In this document: positions 13,700 to 26,468 of the stretch, piece after piece
Position numbering within the stretch: position 1 is the first letter of the stretch
How the letters are laid out: every line of letters starts with the position of its first letter
Assembly (NCBI GenBank): GCA_011109175.1
Contig: RDEW01000105.1
Location: forward strand, 12,184 to 75,395
From: Dicyema japonicum
Lineage: Eukaryota > Animalia > Dicyemida
Reading direction: 5' to 3'
Length of the DNA stretch: 63,212 nt
Program-made: the position numbers and the translations under genes
Notes under the pieces: generated by a model
The model's input: the letters and a program-made list of their open reading frames with translations, nothing else
Told to the model about the DNA's origin: nothing
Database searches by the model: none

Positions 13700-15735
13700 A
13701 ATTTATTAACAATAAAATATTATTTATTAACTATGGGGGTGAACGGCTGCTGACATCACGGAGTAAGCGTTTCCGCGAACAACTGCGATACCAATTCTTT
13801 GCCTCAGCCAGACCTCTTCCCGCACGTCTTTCTTGCGGTGGGCCAATTTTCCCCCGATTTCCTTTAGGAAAGAGGCTGTAATACTTCCGGCCGCACCAGA
13901 CGTCTCGATTGCTACCGGTACAAAACGGTAGCGGTCTCCAATTTCGCCATATTTTTTAATCTTGATTTTCTCGGCCAGATCGGCTGCCGATCCAGCAGAC
14001 TGCGCCGAGCTGAGCATCATCGAGTTCGAGAAAGAGTCCACAACAGTGCAGTCCCATACGAGCGATTTTCCCTCAGTGAACGGAAAGATGGTTAGCCCAT
14101 CCGGTCTTTTCCCATCTCCGCGGTCCAATCCCACAGGCTCCAGTATTGCTGGGAAGCCTGCCGCTTCAAGAGCTCGCAAGACAATGTTGTTCATAGCAGC
14201 ATGGCGGGGTGCTCTGCCCGCGCTCCTTTTGCACGAGAGCGGGTGCAGCCATTTGGCATCGACGATCCCTCCACAGCGACATTGGTGTTCGACGTAAACA
14301 TCAGCTCCCAGGCGTTGTGCGATCCCAATCCGAATACAGTCATCGTCCAATAGGGTCCCCAGGGAGGAACATGGGAGTGCATCCAGCCACGCTCCGCTCC
14401 CATGGTTGGCGGCGGACACGAGGCATGCAAGACGATGCTGGTTGGCCTCAGACTTTAGCACGTCGAAGATTTTCTTGGAGTAAATATCATCCCAGTCACG
14501 TTGCCTCGAAGGATCGTTCGGCATATCCAAACCAGTTTCACACCATTCGCAACGAGCTTCGTCGAAGACTTTTTCCCAAGAGGGACTCTCTTGTAATACG
14601 TAGGATTTCTTAGACCAAAAGGCTTCCACTTGAGAGCGATGACACATATGCTGGATAGGCGATCTCCAGCGCCGACCTGAGACCCGTTCTTCCGAGCCGT
14701 GTAGGAAGCTTGCATTGGTTCCAACTCGGCGCATCAAAGTGGATGTTTAGAAGCAATTCAGCTGATTTTCTCAATGTCCTATCCAGTGACAGGAGGATTC
14801 ACGATGTTTGAAGCAGGGAGACATCGGAGAGCATATAGGAGTTTGGGCAAGCCGATGCTATTCTTTAAAAGGAAGAACGCTGTATGACCATCGATTAAGG
14901 AGAGTTTCTCCGTGACTCTGGAGAGTTCATCCTTTTTTGTTTGTAGATGGCTCCGCAGTTCCTTTTCGTCAAGTGGGCACCCAAGAAAGAATGCCCGCTC
15001 CCTGGGTACGACAGTAATTCCAGGTAGTACCGAGTTGAAAGACTCGACCACGTTGATGAAATCATTCTCCGAGTATGTGATATTTATTAGCTCCGATTTC
15101 TTTATGTTTATCTCAAGTCCGAGGTTTCGTAGTGCCGGCACGGCATGTGACAGAACGTCGTGTACTTTTCTCCACGGCCCTCCAATTGTCGCGTCATCGA
15201 GATACCAAAGGTTTAGTTGTGAGTTTATAGAGCGGACAATTTCATCGATGGCCAGAGCGAAGAGTAGTGGACCAAGTGAGTCCCCTTGTTGAACTCCGGT
15301 CTCCGAACAGATAATCTTGTCACCGAAAACCAGTGAAGAATTGGTTCCGTAAGCGAGGAAGACAAGTTGAATTAGTTCCGGGGCTCGTTTGCTTGTAGTT
15401 TCGAAAATTTGATCCCTCTTCAGTGAATTGAAGGCATTGCAGATGTCCAGCTTGACCCCAATTTGTGGGTTTTGTTCGTCTTTCTGTCCAAAATAACACC
15501 TCGCAGCATGCATTGCCGCTTCCCATCCGTTCTTTACACCAACCCCCAGTTGGAAGGGAGAAAATTCTTCAGATATTCTCGGACAGACAATGCTGCTTGC
15601 GATTTTCGCTGTCAGTCTTCTGAAATAGTTGCCGACTGCGATGGGGCGGACTCCACCTTCAGGTTTTTTGAAGGCCAATAAATGTGCACTGAAAAGGAGC
15701 TCCCTTGCGTGGGGAGGAATATCTCCGTTCAAAAT
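13700..15735 (-). mobile_element. CRE-clade non-LTR retrotransposon (RT + CCHC + restriction-like endonuclease), 5' truncated
   Basis: ORF 14779-15732: KKPEGGVRPIAVG, KLDICNAFN, GVQQGDSLGPLLF, WYLDD. ORF 13727-14737: SGAWL, CRCG...HPLSC, RH, RPDG, WDCTV, PVAIETSG. Confidence 0.88.
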
Positions 15736-15889
15736 TTAATTTCAAATAATTTATCAAATTTTTATCAATTTTTTTCACCCGCTATTCGATAATTTAATTT
15801 CAAATAATTTATCAAATTTTTTCACCAGCTATTTCTCTTCACTTGTGTCTCCAATCTAACTACTAAATGAACTCCTTAGTAATCATGGT

Positions 15890-17080
15890 AACTAATTGCG
15901 ATTATTCCATCTTCCACTACTCAATACTCTGCGCCTGATGTGCCTCACTTATTTGGCAAAACATGGATTTCTACTATTTAACAGGCCATACGAAGCCGGA
16001 TTCTATTCTTGTTCTGTCCCACGTGAATGGCAAATTTTTTGATTGTTTATTCCTCTCTTTATTCAAAGGTAAGAGCTCGTTGGGAGGGAGAGTCACTCTC
16101 TTTGAAGGAAACGGTTGAGTTAAATGAGTTGAGTGATACTTTTGAGTCGGGAAGATCAAAGACTTTTTAAGCCAATACAAAAATACTCATATTTTTATTG
16201 ACGATTTGGACCCCCAATTAAAATGGCCCAATATTTGCCACAATTTGGACGTTGCTGCTGTATCCATTCCTTCAGTCAATGAGACTAAAGTCGGATTTCA
16301 AAGAGGTTGAGACAATTNTTCACCCAATGAGACTAAAGTCGGATTTCGAAGAGGTTGAAAAAATTCGTCAGGCTTGTTAAATTATGGGAGATTCTTTAAA
16401 ATACGTGATGAGTTAACTCAAAGAAAAAAATGTATAAATTGACCACCAACACAATTAGATGTCTGAGTATCTCATAATGAGTGAATTTCGCCATCAGTGT
16501 GTTCTCAGAAGAGCCCATATGATGACTTTCCCGTCGGTAGTAGCCTGTATGTGATCTTGTCATAAACAGGTGGTTTGAATTCTACCATATTTCACTATAT
16601 GGATTATATAGGGTTCTCCAAACCCGGGGAATTTTACTAACTGATACTGGATGTCATGTGGGTTATTATAGCAGTGATTTAACTCGAGTGTGGCCTTTCA
16701 GTGGTTGGTTATCTGTATAATTTAAAGGTACATTCTCTGAAGCCCAAAGGGATGTCTACGAGTGTGTCCTAGAGGCCAATCTGGTGTGTATTGAGTCGTT
16801 TAGAATGCATAATTCGCTTAATTTCGTGAATAATTAAATGTATAAAGTATTGGCTGGAAATTTGGTAAAGAGGGGAGTTGTTACGACTGGTATCACTAAC
16901 GTCACTAATGTTTGGTTGTTATATTTTAAATTAGGTTGTGAGATCGGAATTGTGCCCCACCACGTGTCTCATTATTTGGGACTGGATGTCCATGATACGG
17001 ATTCCGTTAGCAGAGGTATGCCTTTGAAGCCGGGAATTGTAATTACAGTTGAACCTGGCATTTGCTATATTGACCAGTAA
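15890..17080 (+). pseudogene. XPNPEP3: Xaa-Pro aminopeptidase (M24B; XPNPEP3/ICP55-like) pseudogene with micro-introns
   Basis: QNMDFYYLTGHTKPDSILVL, FPSVVAC|G, DTGCHVGYYSSDLTRVWPFSG|[31 protein letters not shown]. Introns at 16547-16569 (23 nt) and 16704-16727 (24 nt). At least three frameshifts. Confidence 0.8.
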
Positions 17081-17459
17081 TTCCCCAAAGGAGATTAGGG
17101 ATGTTAAGAATTTCTTAACGATTACTAAGAGTTCTAGTAAAATCTTTGTTATATAAGTTATTTTTATTTGTGCTTTCGTTTTTATTGGTATTGTTCTTCA
17201 AGTGGGAAATTATATTCATAAAGGCTAGGTTTATCTGTTACTTGGTTCATGATTTCGGAGAGAAATTTTGAAATTATTGAGAACATAGTTTGAATATCTT
17301 GATAAGTGGTTCCCTACCTGGCTTCCAGGGGACCCCATGGTTCCGTGAACTTTACTATGAATTATTTAATAATGTTTTTAATTATTAAAATATATTAAAC
17401 ATCCTCGTTTATACCTTGATTCTGTTTTGAGTTAGTTAGTCAATTATTATTATTAATTA

Positions 17460-20400
17460 TTATAAAGCACAACGTCTTGCCATTGGAAATGACAAAACCA
17501 GTGCAGTACCAAACATTAATTTTTTAGTTAATTTTCTCCACTTTCCACGATCCTGAGCCAAATCCCTCAAGTAATCCAGGCCATCTCCCGTAGTTAGAGA
17601 TAATCCTATTCTCTTCAGATCTTCATACAGTGTCGTGGCCAGTGATGCTCTCGGACGTCCTCGGAACTTCGCCTCCTTGGTTTGAAAGTATTCCTCCATG
17701 GCAACATTAGCTGGAGTTTCGATATTTCCCCGTAGGATGTGTTTAAATAGACTCCAACGAAATTCCATGATGTCGAAATTCCAAGACGTAATAGAGTATA
17801 GTTCTTGACTTCTTGTNAAAGTATTCCTCCATGGCAACATTAGCTGGAGTTTCGATATTTCCCCGTAGGATGTGTTTAAATAGACTCCAACGAAATTCCA
17901 TGATGTCTAGTGAAATCGGTTTAGAAGACGTAATAGAGTATAGTTCTTGACTTCTTGTTCTCATACGGTCCCAGCACGAATGAATCTTCCGTAGTTGTCC
18001 CCGATGGAAGGAGTTTAGTTTTTCAATGTCATTTAGGGTTAATGACCAAGAACTTGCATTATATAGGAGTATTAGTTTGACTAACGAATTGTATAGTCGA
18101 GTTCTGATCTCTCGATTCAAGCCCTTCTTTCTTAGAAACCAATTTCTTCTCAAGTTGTATAAGGCCGTATTTGCTTTAATCTTCCGTGCAATGATGTCTT
18201 CTTTATCTCCAAGCAGGGATCCCAGCTTTTTAACCTTTCGCCAATGCTCTTCCAGAATAGATTCCTTCCTCATCAAAGTTGTCAGCTCTGTCTTGTCTTT
18301 GTTGATATTTAGTGACCATTTTTCGAATACTCTTGGTGCCGTCTCGAGTAATCCCAATAGGGCCTCCCCATTTTGCGAGACGAAGTCCACATCATCTGCA
18401 TAAGCTAGGATGCTAGTTCCCTCCACAATAAAAGGCTTGAGATCCCGTAGCGCAGACTCAAGATATGCAACAAAGAGGAGAGGAGACAATAGATCTCCTT
18501 GTGGAGTCCCAGTATTTGTCGAAAATGGCATGGCTTGAGTATTTCCAATTTTAACAGTTAGTTGTGTTTCAGCCAGTAGTGCCCTAATCATCGAAACTGA
18601 CGAGGCGTCGAATAGACCCGTGATAAATTCCAATAGTTTACAACTTTTAACTGAATCAAACGCTTTCGATATGTCAATCCCAAGGATCCCAAAAGATGTT
18701 CTAAATCTTCGAATGGTTGAACATCTCCATTTTAGGCTCCATAAGACCTATGGTATGGTGAAAGATAGGCTTCCAAATTCTCTCTTACACGTTCGAGAGT
18801 GATAATAGCCAGGATCTTCCTGATAACATTCATTAGGATGATCGGTCTCAAGTTTGTTACTTTTCCTTTCTGCTTATTTGGTTTGGGAACCGGAATCAAA
18901 TAACCCTCTCCAATGGGTAACAACACACGTTCTTCAAACATTTTGTTCATGATCAACGCAATGATTTCGTAGAGGTAATCACCGCCGTGTTTGAATAGTT
19001 CAGGACGTAGTCCATCCGGGCCCGCACTTTTATCAGGTTTCAGCCTTTCACATGCTAATTTCACCTCATAAGGTGCAATTTTCATTCCCAGTTCACCGGA
19101 TCCACAAATGAATGCCGAAATCACATTCTGAGTCGTATTTAGCCCCGACCTGAAGTGATCAGTAACCAACTCGGCAATCTCAGATGGGTTCATTATTCGT
19201 CTTCCATTTTGGTCGTATAATATAGGGGTACTCTTCTTATTGTGACATTTAAGTAGCCTAACGGCTTCGTAGTATCCCCTGTTACCCTTTAGCCCTTCCA
19301 GGTGCTCTAATTTGTTTAAGGCATCACATCGAGTAGCAGTCCTCACATCTTTCTTTATTGACTTATGTATTCTTGCTTTTTCTTTCCTGAGTTCATCTAT
19401 TGTAAATTTATTCATAGTTTTCTTTTCCTGTATTTGCAGTCGAATTTGCCTCTGCAGTTTGATTAGATTAGAGATATCTTGACTTGCACTATTCACATTT
19501 ATCCAGCTTGGAATCTCCATATACATTTCATCATATGTTTTATGCATCGCCATTGATACGTTTTTTCATACGTTTAAACATGATTGGTTTGTGTTAATAT
19601 GTCGCGAGCGCTACTTGCAACTATGCGCTACTTGCAATATCAATTTTTTGAATTTTTTGAATTTTTTTGAATCTTTTTTTTTATAATTTACTTTATAAAT
19701 CTATGAAAATTTTTGAATCTATTTGAATTCTGATATGTATTATATATTAATACTAACTATAGTCCAATATTATATAACCACCTGGATTCAAACTGCGACG
19801 CCTATACAATTATATTATGAATTTTATCTACTAGATGAAGCTTAGACCTATAACATTATTATTGCAAGAAGTGCAGATTAGTATAATATTTTCCAATTTT
19901 TTGGTTATTCGTTTTCTGTATACTCCTTAATTTGTGGATCTGAGAAATTAATAGTCTTATTGTAGACGTATTTTTTTGGGTGGGTAGTATATTTGGAGTG
20001 TTTGTAATAGCTTACTCGAAATTTCGCAATGACCATCTTATGGTCAGTGTCAATGGACGAACCTCCGTAAGATCTCGCATTTGTCAATAATCTCTTATCT
20101 TTGCATCGACATATTATATAATCGATCTGGTTAAAAATATTTATTATTTCTCCGTTATTCTTCTTGGTTGTCCCACACCAAGTCGTCATATGTCTTGCAG
20201 CGTGAGCGAATGATGTACGACATAAGAACAAATCGTTTGACCGACAGAAGTTTCCTAACAGCGTTCCAGGAAGGTTTCTTTTCCCCCTGCCGAATCTCCC
20301 CAAGAACGTTTCGTCGGTATCTGTTTTCCTCCTCACCTTGGTGTTCATATCATCATCCATATATAAAAGTCCGGAGTCGGCCAATTCTAAATATAAATCT
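17460..20400 (-). mobile_element. RTE-clade LINE, 5' truncated and disrupted
   Basis: NQIDYI and DTDHKMV (APE C-terminus), LRPIILMN, PQGDLLSPLLF, YADDVDF, FRGRPR and a taa tail near 17460. Confidence 0.9.
19600..19883. mobile_element. Ginger-like MITE inserted in the RTE
   Basis: Begins TGTCGCGAGCGCT, has a degenerate right end, and is flanked by TAATA (19595-99, 19884-88). Removing it restores the RTE frame RITKKLENINTNQSCLNV*KNVSMAMHKTY. Confidence 0.65.
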
Positions 20401-20419
20401 GATAATCTGAGTAGAAGTC

Positions 20420-21190
20420 TTCAAATAGAGCCGGATCTAAGGAAGATCCGGCATCATTTAGACCTGTGTCATTGTTATGTTCCGTATCGAAAATCCTGGA
20501 AAGGCTTGTGCTTGGGAGAATCAAGGCTTTCTTACCAGAAAAGAATTTCAACACGGATTCAAGAGCAATTGTTCTACATCAACGTACCTACAGAAATTAA
20601 CCAACTTCATTATAGATGGTTTTTCAAATAAATCAAGGCATTTAAAAACAGTCTTATGTTCCATTGATATTAACAAGGCCTTTGATTCTATTTTGAGAAA
20701 AATATTATCAAAGAAAATTTTTCAGTCCGAGATCCCGAGGAAGCTTAAACTTTGGATAACAAATTTCTTAAGTGGACAAAGGGGACATGTATGCCTCGGA
20801 GGACTGAAATCAGTCTCGCGTCTTCTCCCAAACGGTGTCCCCCAAGGATCTCCTTTATCCCCCGCTTTATTCAATATATACATGGGAGACCTCTCTACAC
20901 CGGAATCCAATAACGATGTTCTACTCACATATGCGGACGAGATTGTTTTGGCCTCACGTGATCGGGATATCCAAAATGCTACAGAAAGATTACAAATAAA
21001 CCTGGACCGACTCAACGCATGGGTAATGAAGAACCGACTCACGATAAATTCCAGAAAGTCGGTCACGTCTATGTTTACTTCGGACAAAAGGTTGGGGAAG
21101 ATGACTGTCAAGTTAAAATTGGACAACATAGAAATCCCCTTCCAAAATGTCAGAAGATCCTGGGTGTGACACTGAATACACACCTATGTT
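20420..21190 (+). mobile_element. Jockey/CR1-like LINE RT fragment
   Basis: DPASFRPVSLL, FQHGFK, SIDINKAFDSI, GVPQGSPLSPALF, YADE. Confidence 0.85.
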
Positions 21191-21393
21191 TTCCAGTATC
21201 CTCAGCAGGTTCAATACTGGTAGCTGAAACAACTTTAAGAGTTCCATGTCCAGTCAAACACACCACCCATATAAAATCCCGATCAAAATGATTTGAATCT
21301 AAATTATCAAGCGTTCTTTATACAAAAATTACCTAAAACATCTGAATTATAATCCCAATATATCCACTGATGATACTAAGAAAACATCATCTA

Positions 21394-21942
21394 CACTCAA
21401 TCCCATAAATGTTGACCCAATTCCCATAAATGATGTCCAAGTATATATATTATACTAATAAATAATTTAGGAAAAAAGTATTTTATTCAATTAATCTGTT
21501 ATTAATTCCATTTACCCTTTCCCAAAAACTGTAATATGAGGACAAATTCTCGGTTTCAAGACACTCATAGAAAATCCGATAGTTGTTAGCAATTCTCCTC
21601 TTACAGTTGCTCTTGGTCTAATTACATTTAGGCGAGATTTCACACAAGAAAAAAAGTTTTCAATTGGGTTCAAGTCAGTTGAATAAGGGGGTAAATAAAA
21701 TGTTGTAACACTTTTGTATACACCTATTCAAACTCTTTTTACTGATCGAAGTGATAAATAGACTTTCGTTCATAAAAACCTTGCGACTTCTCATATCTGT
21801 ATTAGTTGATAACAAATCTAAAAAATTAAAATTTTAAAATATAGATTTACTTGTGTATTATTTATATATATAACTTGGACATCATTTATGGGAATTGGGT
21901 CAACATTTATGGGAATTGGGTCATCATTTATGGGATTGAGTG
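21394..21942 (-). mobile_element. Tc1/IS630-family non-autonomous element (549 bp)
   Basis: TIRs CACTCAATCCCATAAATG...CCAAGT built from 18-bp direct repeats. TA TSD, with an empty site at ~47378. Retains YLPPYSTDLNPIE. Confidence 0.9.
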
Positions 21943-22589
21943 TAAACTACCATTTTTTCAAAAAAAAAGTAATAAACTTTTATACTCATTATGATCATTA
22001 CAGAAACTTTTTTCAGATTTATAAACGGTGTTTCATTTGTAGTTGAATAAATCGTAATGTTTGTCTAGTTTTTAGTTAATCTGTCTAGCTAAAAAAACTG
22101 TAGTTTAATAAATAAATGCTTCGTTTAATAAAATTCTTTTAATTTTTAGTTGATTTCCAACCAATACTTTTAAAAAACTGTTTGATGAGAGGTGACATGT
22201 AACATGTATGGGACACAACATATTATTCATATTTAGATGCCTTAAATGTCATTACTTAGATTTTAGTAGACACTCATAACATTTTTTAGCAGTTACTATG
22301 AAAAATTATCATATACAAAATATTATGCGGAAATAAGCTAAATATTGTTTTTATTAATAAAATTATTAGATAATTAGTAAGAGAAGTATCTAATTTAGAT
22401 CCTAAATTATATATAACTAATACTACCTGGTTAAGAGCCCTGAAAAATTATCCTAGACATAATATTATGCGGAAATAAGCTAAATATTGTTTTTATTAGT
22501 AAAATTATTAGATAATTAGTAAGAGAAGTATCTAATTAAGATCCTAAATTATATATAACTAATAGTACCTGGTTAAGAAGAAAGGATAT

Positions 22590-23428
22590 TGATTAGTGGA
22601 GCGTAATAAAAAATAGATAGTAAATCCAGAAATTAACTTCATTCGATCCATTAGAGGTGGTCCCTTCATCATCGGGAGCACTATTATAAAAATTGACAAA
22701 AATTAACAAAATCATTACCTTTTTCAAGGCACTACCATGTGTTTTCTAGTATATGCCCAGTGTCGATTGTTAATTTTGATACATGTCTAAAAATTATTAA
22801 AATTATACGCGTTGTCATGAAAAGTAGGATTCATTAAACAATTTTTATTACAATTACTCTGAGTTAAGCCGACGTGATTAAACCCAAGAACGTGGAATAA
22901 CTCATGTGCCATAACCTCTGAAGTCTTTTCATCGTTGTAATTTTTCATAACAATTCCCACTGCGGAATTGGTGCAAACAGTTTTTACGTATGACAAACAT
23001 TCACCAGAACTACCAATTCTAAAAAAATTAGATTTAAAAAAAACTCAAAAAAGTAAAACTGCGTCAACCCCATTAAAATAGTTATATTTCCGTGCGTATA
23101 AAATTGCCTTGTAAGTACTATCGGGTGTAATCTCGTTAGTATAATATATTTTTTTAAAATTTACTTTTACTTTGAGTGTGCCAAAATACTAAAATATGAG
23201 TAAGTGCATACTTTTTGAGACAACCTGAACATCTTTTTTATGTAATTTTCTAAATTGACATGATTAAAGTCAAATGCTTTTTGCTATATATAAAAATTAT
23301 ATCAAACAAAGTTATAGTCAAGAACAATGCCGATATCGAATTTTCTAGTTAAGAATCTGTTATCTAAAATTATTTCAAAAGAAATTACCGACAAAAGCAC
23401 AAAAAAATGTATAAAACAAAAAATTCAT
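22590..23428 (-). pseudogene. Reprolysin-like metalloprotease, copy B (disrupted)
   Basis: Same exon/intron layout. A 1-nt insertion before intron 4 creates TGA, and there is a TAG at 22732-22734 before the terminal Cys. End coordinate approximate. Confidence 0.75.
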
Positions 23429-24059
23429 CTTATCAAAATTATTAAAAAAAGTCGTTTACAAATTTGCTTATTAGCATAATTTTTATAATTATTTTTCAAG
23501 CGTGTAATATGACTTTTGGGAAAATTAGTTTCATTAAAATTTTTGATTAATTCTAAAGCTTTAATTTCTTTGCAGATGCTTAATATCTGGATTCTATTTA
23601 AGAGTATTTGAAATACATTATATATAAAAACATTGTTTATCAAAATAAATATTAATTATTGATCCAGACTAAATAGTTTTTTCATGTTTTTGATTCCATC
23701 CATATTTTTACTACTCATTCTATTATCTTCTTTTCTATGCACATACAAATGAATTCGCATGATGTAAGTCAAAGGACACAATCTAAAAGTTCTTTGTGCA
23801 CAGTTGCTTATATATATATATCTGTGCATACATCTATCTACTTTCACCTGCCTCAAGTACTCTCTGTGAATATAGTAGCTATTAACAAAGAATAACTTAG
23901 AATTTACATCGATGAATTATCCCCAACATCTACGTTCTGTTACATCTTTAAATAGAGGATCTATTAATGATTCTGTTTGCGGCTTCAGTTGTTCTATACA
24001 GGCAGTAGAATCTGTGAAACACATTCTCTAAAAGTTTATTGTTTATTCAGACAACAAAG

Positions 24060-25150
24060 TTAATTTAAGTTGACAATTAATAGTCTGAAGTCTCTAAGTG
24101 CCGCCTCCAGATATGTCACAAAAAGTACCGGTGACAAGGAATCTCCATGCGGTACCCCGAACGTAGTCTCGAATGGGACAGACTCCAAATTTCCAAAACG
24201 TACACTAAACTGTGTTGTTCCAAGTAATAGACGGATCATTTTGAAATTGTCCTCGTCAACCAAATTTTCAAAAATATCGAATAGTCTCATTCTGTCTATA
24301 GAGTCAAAAGCTTTGGACATGCTCATGCCAAGGATGCCAGTAGCCCCCTTGTACTTTTGATGTTCTACACATAGCCATCAATGTTCGCAGACCACATCAG
24401 GTGTAGATCTCCCTGACTTGAATCCGCTTTGACCGAGAGAGAGAAAGTTCTCAATATCAGGTCCAATCCTATTCAGCACTATAAGTGATAGTGTCTTGCG
24501 TAGGGTAGTCAATAGTACGATGGGTCTTAAATTCGTTAAGGGGCCCTTAGCATTACCCGGTTTTTGTAGTGCAATTAGTGTGCCATTACTCACATCCAGG
24601 TGTGAGTTGTATTTATATGCTTTGTTGTACTTTTCAGTTAATAGCTCAGAAATCTCGGTCGGTGCATATTTGAGAAGTTCTGCATTTATGTTGTCGGGGC
24701 CATCAGCTCTATTGTTGTTTAATTTGTCCAGGGTATTTTTGTTTCCAGAATCCCTCGTTCTATTCTTTATTTTATACTGGGTTTCTTTCCGCGTGACTCA
24801 TAGAATGTGTTCCTTTGCCTTGTCCTGACAAGTTTCGACCTGCAAACGTAGGTTCCTCTGGAATTTGGTTAGTTCTTTAATCTCGTGGTCATAGTTTCCG
24901 TTGAAATGTTTCGGTTTTACTCCGACTGTTGTATGGGCCGCGCACTTTATGCATTGATGGTGTCTTGCCCTGGCATTTTTTCTTTTTTCTACTGTCTGAT
25001 CTTTTCTCTCAATGTATTTTGATAGCTTTACCGAGTCGGTCCCACCAGCTTCCAGATCCCTCTTCCATAAATTCTTCGTGACTACTATCACGTTCTGCCT
25101 TTGCGTTCTAATCTTTGGCAACGTATATCATGAACGATGTTTCCAAAAAT
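24060..25150 (-). mobile_element. RTE LINE fragment (linker + RT N-terminal half)
   Basis: IKCAAH, NLRPIVLLTTLRK, QSGFKSGRST, SKAFDSIDR, VPHGDSLSPVLF. Confidence 0.85.
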
Positions 25151-25169
25151 GCATATACTTGCATCAGCC

Positions 25170-25910
25170 TAAATAAGCATTTTCGAGTTAAAGTTTTCAA
25201 CCTTCGGAATGTCACACATAATACAATTGAATAAGAGGGGACTTAAGACAGACTCTTGAGTACCCCTCTTTTAACAAAGTTTTCTTCAATATATGATATC
25301 CAACATGCATAAATGAGTCTTGGCACTCTCTTAGGAGATTTAAAAGACATACTACAAAGAAAATCACTAGCAGCTTTCGTTCTTAAAAGACTAAACAACG
25401 TATGGTTACGAGATAAAATAATTTTTAACTTTTAAAAAATCAATTTATACAATATGTTCGTAAAACCGGTTTTACTGTACAACTCTTCTACCTGGAAACT
25501 CACAAAGCCTGAATAGAAAGTCTGAACTCCTTTTATAAAATTCACCTCAGATACATTCAAGAATTTCCTGGCCAAAGCACATATCAAACAAACATCTCTA
25601 TTTCCAATACAATATCCACCCATTGGACGGAGAAATAAAAAGTAACATATGGGACATATTTTGTCACATCTTAATAATGGACAAGAATACTGCCGCCAAT
25701 CTCGCGATGGAACACCACTATGCTCCTCATCCGGAATCGATTTTCCGGGGAAGACTGCGAATTACTCTACCAACCTTCTACATCAAGACTTACTGCGATT
25801 GGGAAAAAGTTGACGCCAGCAGATGATCTTGAGTACCTGAGAGACGAGGAATAAAGTGAACTGGATGCGATTAACAAAACGCATCCAGGATAGGGTGGCA
25901 CATGAAGATA
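25170..25910 (+). mobile_element. RTE LINE 3' fragment
   Basis: Remnants LGTLLGD, LYNSSTW, LAMEHHY, FRGRLRITLP. Confidence 0.7.
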
Positions 25911-25994
25911 AATTCAGTTTTGCGATATGCTTATTAATAATAGATTCTCTACCAGAAAAAATCCTTCATCAACACTAGTGCCTTGCTTCCAACA

Positions 25995-26468
25995 TTAAAA
26001 TTTTTCTAGTGCCTTGCTTTCAAATAGACATACGGCCGTAAGACATTCTATATTCTTTTTAGCAACACATATATAATTTGACAATATTGAGAAACAATCT
26101 CCAGTCCCTCTAGTGAGGCGTAAACCCCACTGATCATGGTGAAAAATAATTTTTTCCATGATTTTCGATATACTGGATATCAGGCTTATTGGCCCATAGT
26201 TCTCTGGATTTAAACTAGATTTTCCCTTTTTCGAGATCATCCGTACAAAAGACTTCTTCCACGTAGAGGGAACATGTCCAGAACACCACAAAGAATTAAA
26301 TAAAGCCCATAGCGTTTTCAATAATGGCATTCCAGCATTTATGAAGACAGTCAGGGGGATAAAATCCCCCTGAGCTTTATTTTTGCATCCATTAATAGCA
26401 ATAATTATCTCCTCCATAGTAACCGTTCCACACAAAGGCCCCTCCACAAGCGAAAATGGCTTCTTCAA
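25995..26468 (-). mobile_element. Non-LTR RT N-terminal fragment
   Basis: GHVPSTWKKSFVRMISKKGKSSLNPENYGPISLISSISKIMEKII. Confidence 0.75.

Noticed and set aside
13962-15681. Antisense ORFs over the CRE, RTE and Jockey RT genes (e.g. 13962-14297, 14912-15292, 18026-18403, 20722-21183)
   Set aside because: Shadow ORFs of the coding strand with no recognisable motifs.
21394-21942. Short repeated units and cassette repeats as a CRISPR array
   Set aside because: No repeat-spacer periodicity, no cas genes, and a eukaryotic context. The units are TIR sub-repeats.
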